From assembly GCA_030390025.1 (NCBI GenBank), contig CM059431.1, forward strand, positions 97,218,001 through 97,282,000: DNA of 64,000 nt, read 5' to 3'. Source of the DNA: Squalus acanthias. Taxonomy: Eukaryota. The stretch's first letter is position 1, and each line of letters begins with the position of its first letter. Below the pieces are notes generated by a model. The model made no database searches, was not told the origin of the DNA, and saw only the letters and a list, made by a program, of their open reading frames with translations. Position numbers and translations under genes: made by a program. Below, one piece after another: positions 48,901 to 58,755 of this stretch.

Positions 48901-50083
48901 GACAGTTTAAACAGAAAGTAGTTCAACAAAGAAAGCCAACAGCTCCAGAAGTAGGCCGACACGCAAGAAGAGACCAGAGCGACCTCCTCAGTGACCATCG
49001 GACACCTCGCGGCAACAAGGGCCTTATGAAACCTTTTACTCAAAAGACTCTAAACCCTAACTCTCAACTGTCAAGGATTCGTTTGGTGAGCATTATCCCT
49101 GGTTCTCCAGAGTCCAACCTAGCTAGTGAAGTGGGATTGGGAGGGGTGAAGTATTCTTCTAATGTTATTTCCCTCGCATGTACCAAAGTGTTTCCCACCT
49201 TTAGAGTGTTAAGAGTGTTTGTGTTGTGTTTTACTTTCTTGAATAAAGATCGAAGTTCTTTCATCAAACTCAGTTGTCTGCTGCATCTTTTGTATCACAA
49301 CCCCCAAATAAGTCCAAGGTCTAGTACCAAGGGTGTGGAAGCGATTCGAACCATTCAGAAGTCAGAGGCAATGCTGACACAAAAACACCACCCCCTACAG
49401 CATGCAGGTGCAGCAGGCGGTTAAGAAGGCAAATGGTATGTTGGCCTTCATAGCAAGAGAATTCGAGTACAGGAGCAAGGATGTCTTGCAGCAGTTGTAC
49501 AAGGCCTTGGTGAGACCACACCTTGAGTATTGTGTGCAGTTTTGGTCGCCTTATCTGAGGAAGGATGTTCTTGCCATGGAGGGAGTGCAGCGAAGATTTA
49601 CCAGACTGATACCTGGGATGGCAGGAATGACGTATAAAGAGAAATTGGGTCGATTAGGCTTATATTCGCTAGAGTTTAGAAGAATGAGAGAGGATCTCAT
49701 TGAAACTTATAAAATTCTAACAGGACTAGACAGACTAGATGCAGGAAGGATGTTCCCGATGGCGGGGGAGTCCAGAACCAGAGGTCACAGTCTAAGGATA
49801 AGGGGTAAGACATTTAGGACTGAGATGAGGAGGAATTTGTTCACCCAGAGAGTGGTGAACCTGTGGAATTCTCTACCACAGAAGGCAGTTGAGGCCAATT
49901 CATTAAATATATTCAAGAAGGAGATAGATATATTTCTTAAGGCTAAAGGGATCAAGGGATATGGGGAGAAAGCAGGGACAGGGTACTGAATTTGGATGAT
50001 CAGCCATGATCTCATTAAATGGCGGAGCAGGCTCGAGGGGCCGAATGGCCTACTCCTGCTCCTATCTTCTATGCTTCTATGCT
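45930..50083 (+). mobile_element. CR1 family A copy with both ends, two internal deletions and a solo-LTR insertion
   Basis: 5' end matches 50084-50155 and jumps to late ORF1 at ~45992. APE 46401-46982. RT core deleted at ~47977. Tail CTATGCTTCTATGCTT at ~50069-50084. Confidence 0.92.
48044..49399 (+). mobile_element. Solo LTR (~1356 bp), Gypsy or ERV type undetermined
   Basis: TGTAAGG...CCCTACA inverted termini; GCA repeated on both sides; TATAA at ~48620; AATAAA at 49242; interrupts CR1 LKVS|MQVQ. Confidence 0.8.
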
Positions 50084-51360
50084 TCGCGGGCTTTTTTTCC
50101 AGAGGCCGGTGTCGGGAGCGGAGAGCGCGATGGTACAGTGAGTATTTAAACTCACTTTTGCGGGCTTATTTCACAGGCTTACCAATCTTGCAGACCGGCG
50201 GCGGCGTTCCAGAGCCATGTCACAATTCAAAAAGTGACGCGGGCAAGAGGAAGCAGCTGATTGGGTGAGTACGGCCAGGTGAGTATTTATACTACTCTAT
50301 TGTTTGACAGTTAAGGTTAATAGTTTATAAAGTTTAGAAGGTCTTAACTTTGTGGTTATAGTTTCTAAGGTCTCAGTTGTGTAACGGGGAGTGCTAGTAA
50401 ACAAGGGGCCTTGACTATATCATTTAATTGTAGTGTAATTTGTGGTATTGATTTGATTTAATTTAATTTAAATTAATTAAAGGGTAAGTCATGGCAGCAC
50501 AGCTCTGCCCCGTGGCATGCTCCTCCTGCACTATATGGGAAATCAGGGATACTTCCTGTGTCCCTGACGACCATGTGTGCGGGAAGTGTATTCAGCTGCA
50601 GCTACTGGCAGACCGCATTGTGGCGCTGGAGCTGTGATTGGATACATACTGGAGCATTCGCGATGCTGAGGACGTCGTGGATATCATGTTTAATGAGTTG
50701 GTCACACCGCAGGTAAAGGCTGCACAGGCAGGAAGGGAATGGGTGACCACCAGGCAGAGTGGTAGGCGCAGGCAGGTAGTACAGGGGTCTCCTGTGGCCA
50801 TCCCCCTCTCAAACAGATATACCGCTTTGGATATTGTTGAGGAGGATAGCTTATCGGGGGAAGGCAGCAGCAACCAACTTCCTGCCACCATGGGTGGTTC
50901 TGCTGCACAGGACGGGAGGAAAAAGAGCAGGAGAGCTATAGTGATAGGGGATTCTATTGTAAGGGGAATAGATAGGCGTTTCTGCGGCCGCAAACGAGAC
51001 TCCAGGATGGTATGTTGCCTCCCCGGTGCAAGGGTCAAGGATGTCTCGGAGCGGCTGCAGGGCATTCTGGAGGGGGAGGGTGAACAGCCAGTTGTCGTGG
51101 TGCATATAGGTACCAACGATATCGGTAAAAAATGGGATGAGGTCCTAAAAGCTGAATATAGGGAGTTAGGAGGTAAATTAAAAAATACGACCTCAAAGGT
51201 AGTAATCTCAGGATTGCTACCGGTGCCACGTACTAGTCAGAGTAGAAATAGAAGGATATTTCAGATGAATACGTGGCTAGAAGAATGGTGCAAGGGGGAG
51301 GGATTCAAATTCCTTGGACATTGGAGCCGGTTCTGGGGGAGGTGGGACCAGTACAAACTA
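50084..51360 (+). mobile_element. CR1 family A 5' UTR plus ORF1, truncated at its 3' side
   Basis: Directly follows the tail of the previous copy; contains ORF1. Confidence 0.9.
50491..51360 (+). pseudogene. CR1 ORF1: N-terminal CxxC..CxxC zinc finger, coiled coil, SGNH esterase-like domain; internal TGA at 50635-50637
   Basis: MAAQLCPVACSSC..HVCGKC; VIGDSIVRG, CLPGARVKD, VHIGTND. Confidence 0.88.
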
Positions 51361-51366
51361 TGGCAA

Positions 51367-53948
51367 ATAGAAACATAGAAACATAGAAGATAGGAGCAGG
51401 AGTAGGCCATTCGACCCCTCGAGCCTGTTCCGCCATTTAATGAGATCATGGTTGATCATCCAAATTCAGTACCCTGTCCCTGCTTTCTCCCCATATCCTT
51501 TGATACCTTTAGCCTTAAGAAATATATCTAACTCCTTCTTGAATATATTTAATGAGTTGGCCTCAACTGCCTTCTGTGGTAGAGAATTCCACAGGTTCAC
51601 CACTCTCTGGGTGAAGAAATTCCTCCTCATCTCAGTCCTAAATGGCTTACTCCTTATCCTTAGACTGTGATCCCTGGTTCTGGAACTTACTTCCTGCATC
51701 TAGTCTGTCTAGTCCTGTTAGAATTTTATAAGTTTCAATGAGATCCCCTCTCATTCTTCTAAACTCTAGCGAATATAAGCCTAATTGACCCAATCTCTCT
51801 TCATATGTCATTCCTGCCATCCCAGGTATCCGTCTGGTGAATCTTTGCTGCACTCCCTCCATGGCAAGAACATCCTTCCTCCGATAAGGCGACCAAAACT
51901 GCACACAATACTCAAGGTGTGGTCTCACCAAGGCCCTGTACAACTGCAGCAAGACATCTTTGCTCCTGTACTCGAATCCTCTCGCTATGTAGGCCAACAT
52001 ACCATTTGCCTTCTTAACCGCCTGCTGCAACTGCATGCTTACCTTCAGCGACTGGTGCACAAGGACACCCAGGTCTCGTTGCACTTCCCCTTTTCCCAAT
52101 CTATTGCCATTCAGATAATAATCTGTCTTCCTGTTTTTGCCACCAAAGTGGATAACCTTGCATTTATCCACATTGTACTGCATCTGCCATGCATCTGCCC
52201 AATCACCCAACCTGTCCAAATCATACTGGAGTTTCTCTGCATCCTCCTCACAGCACACACGCCCACCCAGCTTTGTGTCATCTGCAAACTTGGAGATATT
52301 ACATCTAGTTCCCTCGTCTAGATCATTAATATATATTGTGAATAGCTGGGGTCCTAGCACCAATCCCTGCGGTACCCCACTAGTCACTGCCTGCCACTCG
52401 GAAAAAGACCCGTTTATTCCAACTCTTTGCTTCCTGTCTGCCAACCAGTTCTCTATCCAAGTCAGTACCTTACCCCCAATCCCATGTGCTTTAACTTTGC
52501 ACGCTAATCTCTTATGCGGGACCTTATCGAAAGCCTTCTGAAAGTCCAAATACACCACATCCACTGGTTCTCCCTTATCTATCCGAACAGTTACATCCTC
52601 AAAAAATTCCAGTAGAATAGTCAAGCATGATTTACCTTTTGTAAATCCATGTTGACTTTGTCAGATCCTGTCACTGTTTTCCAAGTGCTCTGCTATTACA
52701 TCTTTTATAATGGACTCCAGGATTTTGCCCACTACCGATTTCAGGCTTATAATTCCCCATTTTCTCTCGACCACCTTTTTTAAATAGTGGGTTTACATTA
52801 GCTACCCTCCAATCCATGGGAACTATTCCAGAGTCTATAGAATTTTGGAAGATGACCAGCAATGCATCTACTATTTCTAGGGCCACTTCCTTAAGTACCC
52901 TAGCATGTAGATGATCAGGCCCTGGGGATTATCGGCCTTCAATCCCATCAATTTCCCTCACACCATTTCCCTACAAATACTGATTTCATTCAATTCCTCC
53001 CTCTCATTAGACCCTGTGTTCCCTGACATCTGTGGGAGGTTATTTGTGTCCTCCTTTGTGAAGGCAGAACCAAAGTATGTATTTAATTTGTCTGCCATTT
53101 CTTTGTTCCCCATTATAAATTCCCCTGATTCTGACTGCAAGGGACCTACGCTTGACTTCACCCATCTTTTTCTCTTCACATATCTATAGAAGCTTTTACA
53201 GTCAGTTTTTATGTTCCCTGAAAGCTTACTCTCATATTCTATTTTCCCCCTCTTAATTAATCCCTTTGTCCTCCTTTGCTGAATCCTAAACTGCTCCCAA
53301 TCCTCAGGTTTGCTGCTTTTTCTGGCCAATTTATATGTCCTCTCCTTGGATCTTATGCTATCCCTAATTTCCCTTGTTAGCCACGGTTGAGTCACCTTTT
53401 TTGTTTTATTTTTATGCCAAACAGGGATGAACAAATTCTGTATTTCATCCATGCGATCTTGAAATGTTTGCCATTGCCTATCCACCATCAACCCTTTAAG
53501 TAATGCTCCCCAATCCATCCTCGCCAACTCATGCCTCATACCATCATAGTTTCCTTTATTTAAATTCAGGACCCTAGTCTCTCAGTCAACTACTTCACTC
53601 TCCATCTTAATGAAGAATTCTATCATATTATGATCGCTCCTCCCCAAGGGGCCTTGCACAACAAGATTGCTAATCAATCCTTTCTCATTACATAATACCC
53701 AGTCTAAGATGGCCTGATCTCTAGTTGGTTCCTCGACATATTGGTCCAGGAAACCATCCCATATACACTCTAGGAATTGCTCCTCCACAGTATTGTTACT
53801 AATTTGGTTAGCCCAATATATATGTAGATTAAAGTCACCCATGATAACTGCTGTGCCCTTATTGCACGTGTCTCTAATTTCCATCCCCAACCTCAGCATG
53901 ACTGTTTGGGGGTCTGTATACAACTCCCACTAACATTTTCTGCCCCTT
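51367..53948 (-). mobile_element. CR1 family A copy, 5'-truncated within the endonuclease, inverted relative to its neighbours
   Basis: ORF pieces 53582-53923, 52958-53539, 51647-52624 and 51466-51699; tail (CTATGTTT)n. Confidence 0.93.
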
Positions 53949-54066
53949 TGCTTCCCGCCACTGATTTCCCATTCCTGCCCATGCTTCAGCCAGGTCTCCA
54001 CTATAGTTACTATATCATAACCCCATGTGAGAACTTGTGCCTGCAGCTCATCAACATTATTTGTAT

Positions 54067-54380
54067 CATGGGAACATAGGAACAGGAGGAGGCCATTTAG
54101 CCCCTTGAGCCTGTTCCGCCATTCAATGAGATCATGGCTAACTCCATATACCCGCCTTTGCCCCATATCCCTTAATACCTTTGGTTAACAAAAGTCTATC
54201 AATCTCAGATTTAAAATGAACAATTAACCCAGCATCAATTGCCATTTGTGGAGGAGAGTTCCAAACGTCTACCACCCTTTGTGTGCAGTAGAAGTGTTTC
54301 CTAACTTCACTCCTGAAAGGCCTGGTTCAATTTTAGAATATGCCCCGAGTCCCAGACTCCCCAACCAGCGGAAATCATTT
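54067..54380 (-). mobile_element. CR1 3' fragment
   Basis: GGAACATAGGAACAGGAGGAGGCCATTTAGCCCC tail module on the plus strand. Confidence 0.8.
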
Positions 54381-54445
54381 CTCATCATAGTGATCATAAT
54401 CATCCGACGCTCCTGCGATTATATCCTACAGCCCAACACTTGTAA

Positions 54446-54610
54446 ACAACAACAAAGTGCATCTATATAGCACCTTTACTGTAAAAAAAAAATCCCAAGA
54501 TGCTTTACGGAAGCATAATCAGACAAAAATTAACAACAAGCAATGTGACGAAAAACTTGGTTAAAGAGGTGGGTTTGAAGGAAGGTCTTAAAGGATGAGA
54601 GGAAGGTAGC
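54446..54610 (-). mobile_element. Probable L2-type LINE 3' fragment
   Basis: AACAACAAC..GCAT.TATATAGCACCTTT resembles the SINE tail and continues into a different, non-SINE sequence (FKTFLQTHLFNQVF on the minus strand). Confidence 0.5.
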
Positions 54611-55289
54611 GAGCTATAGTCATAAGCATGATTGTAGGTGCCTGTGCATGGCGCACTCACCTTCAATCTCTAATACCTGGTCTTAGTTGCTTGATACAGA
54701 CACCAGCCACCAAAAATGGTTAAAAAAAATGGACTTCCGCTTACTTGATTAAACAAAAATTTCTCTAACCATTTCATGTTTTTAATAGATTTATTCTAAT
54801 TGCAGAGGCTGTAATTCGATCCCTTAGTTGGAGGATTAATCCCGGCTGCAACAAACAGTTATTATATTCTCATTTAATTGTGTTTAAACTAGTTTTTGAT
54901 TGTACCTGAGATTGCTCGTTACCAGATCAGTAATGACAAATGTTGAAACAAAGTCCTTTCGAGTTCGCAGATTTTACATATACGTTTTTTTTGAAGGTGA
55001 ATGACAGAAATAATTTTCCCTACCCGTGAAATTGCACGAGAATAGCGGCATTGAAACAGAATGTGGAAGTTTGTAAATTAGCCTTGATGATTAGGGAGTG
55101 CCTGCTCAATCAGTTAACACCTGGGCTCCTGCACTGAACAAACAGTAATGCAATTCCTGTATCAAATCAAACATCTGTGAAGCACATGTTTTCTGTTTCA
55201 TTTTTTTGAGAAATTAAGAGCTTCAGATACGAGGGATTACTTCGGTAACGCGGACCGAAGACACAGTACTCAAGAATAAGTCATGGGTA

Positions 55290-55940
55290 AGTGGACATCC
55301 TTCAAAAACATTGCATGGGGCAAGCCCATATCTCAGGGCAGCGAAGATAAGTAAAAACACCCTGGGCTGGATCAACAGGAAAAGGAAGGGGAGATTAGGG
55401 ATTCTGTACAAGGTAGGAAACAGTTGGAGCATTGTGTGCAGGTTTGGGCATCCCATTATAAAAGGATATTGGAGCCATAGAAACGGTGTAATGATATTGA
55501 CTAGGATGGTACCAGGGCTGAGAGGATACAGTTATGATGAGAGACTTGAAAAAACTAGGGCTGAATTGAGTGGAGTTGAGATGGTTAAGGAGGATTGAAT
55601 AGAAGGGTTTAAAGATTTGAAAGGGTTGGAGAGGGAACTAGTGTAAGAGTATTTCTACTGGTCAGTGAAATAATAGCTGTAGGACATAAATTTAGGACAT
55701 TTGCTAAAAGCTTTAAGGGGAGAATTAGGATTATTAGAATTAGAATGCATTACTACAAGTGGCTATCAAACACGAAGCTATCACAGCATTTAACAGGGAA
55801 TTAGATAAACACTCGAAAAGGAAAAATATTAAAGGCCGTAGTGACAGAGAGGGAAATGGGATTAGAGTAGATAGCTTAGATAGGGAGCTGGCACTTGCAT
55901 GGGTCAAATGGCCATCCTTATGGGCAATAATTTCTATGTT
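55290..55940 (+). mobile_element. Old CR1 RT C-terminal/3' fragment
   Basis: TRMVPGLRGYSYDERLEK; FNRELDKH. Confidence 0.75.
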
Positions 55941-56921
55941 TATGATTGCGGAAAAACAAGAATTACAAAGGATGTAGAAGTAAGGGAAGGGGTGGCCTTT
56001 GAACTGAATGCAAGGTTATAGAGAAACAGGTAAGAGAAGAAATTGGGGTGACAAGAAAAAATGAAGATGGATACAAGAGCAGATGCAAAAATAAACTAAA
56101 AAAATACGATTAGGAGATAGATTGTAAATTGACAACTATTTAAAGATTTTTACCAAGGAGAAGAATAAGAAAGTGTCATCCACCATCAAACAGACATCAT
56201 GTGTGCTCCAGAATATCGATGTTAGGGAAGCAGAGGTTCTACACAGGTGGCAGAGGTCAAACCAATACATTTCCACAGTGTGCTGAGGGAGACAAGGGAA
56301 TCAATTCTAAATGACCAAATGCAGCTAACGGTCGTTTGTATCATCAAAAAGGGAGGCAGAGCCACAGATGGCACTAATGTCCCACACCTGGCCTTACACA
56401 CCCACACCTGTCCTTACACACTCACATCTGGCCTTGCACACTCACACCTGGCCCTTACACCCACACCTGGCCTTACACACCTACACCTGGCCTTACACAC
56501 TCACATCTGGCCTTGCACACCCACACCTGGCCCTTACACACCTACACCTGGCCTTACACACCTACACCTGGCCTTACACACCTACACCTGGCCTTACACA
56601 CCCATACCTGGCCTTACACACTCACACCTGGTCTTATACACCCACACCTGGACTCACACACTCACAATTGGCCCTCAGAACACACACCTGGCCTTATGCA
56701 CCCACACCTAGCCGTACACACCCACACCTGGCCTTACACACTCATGCCTGGCCCTCACACCCACACCTGGCCTTAAACACCCACACCTGAGCTTAAACAC
56801 CCACACCTGACTTTACAGACTCACGATAGCAAAATACTGCGGATGCTGGAAATCCAAAATAACAACAGAAAACGCTGGAAAAACTCAGCAGGCCAGGCAG
56901 CATCCATGGAGAGAGAAACAG

Positions 56922-56958
56922 AGTTAACGTTTCAGGTCGAAGACCTTTTGTCAGAACT
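56922..56958 (-). ncRNA. Minimal hammerhead motif, mutated (CTGACGA to CTGACAA, G8)
   Basis: Mirror copy of 58719-58755 with a CpG-type transition. Confidence 0.7.
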
Positions 56959-57318
56959 GGAAAAAAGCAGGAAATGAAATAGATTTAAAGCAAGTTTAAT
57001 GCTGGGTAAAGGGGGAGGGGATGAAAGAACAAAAGGGAAGGTCAGTGGTAGGATAGAAAGCAGGAGAGATTAAGAGACATTGAGAGACATTAAGAGATAT
57101 TCAAGGCAAGAGGAGGTGGTAATGTGACAGGTTGAGGCTAGATGAAGTGTGAAATGCGCTGGCAGAATGAAGGACAGCTGCCAGCTTCTGGGAGGGAAGA
57201 AAAAAGGCCAAACAAAAAGGTGGATGAAAAAAAAAATATATATATATCTGTGATGGGGGCCGGGGTTATGATCTGAAATTGTTGAACTCTATGTTGAGTC
57301 CAGAGGGCTGTAGAGTGC

Positions 57319-58410
57319 CTAAACGAAAGATGAGGTGCTGTTCCTCGAGCTTACGCTGAGCTTCCGTGGAACAGTGTAATAGGCCGAGGACGGTGAGGTC
57401 AGAGTGGGAGTGAACGGAGAATTAAAGTGACAGGCCACCGGGAGCTCAGGGTCCCCCTTACGGACTGAACGGAGGTGTTCCGCAAAGCGGTCACCCAATC
57501 TGCGTTTGGTCTCTCCATTGTAGAGGAGACCACATTGTGAGCAGCGAATACAGTATACTAAATTGCAGGAAGTACAAGTAAATCGCTGTTTCACCTGGAA
57601 GGGGTGTTTGGGGCCCTGGACAGTGGGAAGGGGGGAGGTATAAGGGCATGTGTTGCATCTCCTGCGCTTGCATGGGAAGGTGCCGGGCGAAGGGGAAGGG
57701 GTGCTGGGGGTGGTAGAGGAGTGGATTAGGGTGTCGCGGAGGGAGCGTTCCCTGTGGAATGCTGAAAGGGGAGGTGAGGGGAAGATGTGTTTGGTGGTGG
57801 GATCACGCTGGAGGTGGCGGAAATGGCGGAGGATGATCCGTTGAATGTGGAGGATGGTGGGGTGAAAGGTGAGGACAAGGGGAACTCTATCGTGGTTCCG
57901 GGAGGGAGGGGCAGGGGTGAGGGCAGAAGTGTAGGAGATAGAACGGACACGGTCGAGGGCCGTGTCAACCACAGTAGAGGTGAATCCTCGGTTGAGGAAA
58001 AAGGAAGACATGTCGGAAGCACTAGTATGGAAGGTGGCATCGTCGGAGCAGGTGCGGCAGAGATGGAGAAACTGGGAGAATGGAATAGAGTCCTTACAGG
58101 AGGCGGGGTGGGAGGAAGTGTAGTCCAGGTAGCTGTGGGAGTCAGTGGGCTTGTAGTGAATGTTTGTCAATAACCTATCCCCAGAGATGGAGACGGAGAA
58201 GTCGAGGAAGGGAAGGGAAGAGTCGGAGATGGACCATGTGAAGGTGAGGGAAGGGTGGAAATTGGAAGCATAGTGAATGAAATTTTCTAGTTCAGGGTGA
58301 GAGCAGGAGATGGCACCGATACAGTCATCAATGTACCGGAAAAAGAGGTGAGGGAGGGGACCCGAGTAGGACTGGAACAAAGAGTGTTCCACATATCCCA
58401 CGAAAAGGCA
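57319..58410 (-). pseudogene. Penelope RT C-terminal half plus GIY-YIG endonuclease (partial, frameshifted near the end)
   Basis: FRYIDD, LPFLD, YKPTDSHSYL..SSHP, CxxxxCxxC linker, NLVYCIRC..C..LYNGET.R.L..RF.EH. Confidence 0.92.
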
Positions 58411-58718
58411 TGGGTCCAAGCTATGCCTGCCTTTTAGTGGGATATTTTTTCATCCACCCTTTTGTTTGGCCTTTTTTCTTCCCTCCCAGAAGCTGGCAGC
58501 TGTCCTTCATTCCGCCAGCGCATTTCACACTTCATTTAGCCTCAACCTGTCACATTACCACCTCCTCTTGCCTTGAATATCTCTTAATGTCTCTCAATGT
58601 CTCTTAATCTCTCCTGCTTTCTATCCTACCACTGACCTTCCCTTTTGTTCTTTCATCCCCTCCCCCTTTTCCCGGCATTATACTTGCTTTAAATCTATTT
58701 CATTTCCTGCTTTTTTCC

Positions 58719-58755
58719 AGTTCTGACGAAAGGTCTTCGACCTGAAACGTTAACT
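58719..58755 (+). ncRNA. Minimal type I hammerhead ribozyme motif, intact core
   Basis: AGTT-CTGACGA-A-AGGTC-ttc-GACCT-GAAA-CG-TT-AACT. Confidence 0.85.

Larger units (their letters stand above)
41636..54067 (-). mobile_element. Older CR1 (family C): 41636-45068 plus 53966-54067, split by an 8.9-kb nested block and by a MITE
   Basis: Frameshifted APE-RT. ETWLKHGQEWE (ends 53966) joins LNIPGYIVFRRD (starts 45068) with no base lost. Confidence 0.88.

Noticed and set aside
50638..51378. Host SGNH/GDSL esterase gene
   Set aside because: It is the known esterase domain of CR1 ORF1, in CR1 context and with an internal stop upstream.
50084..53948. Classical twin-priming inversion
   Set aside because: The oppositely oriented 5' segment lies beyond the tail rather than upstream of the 3' segment.
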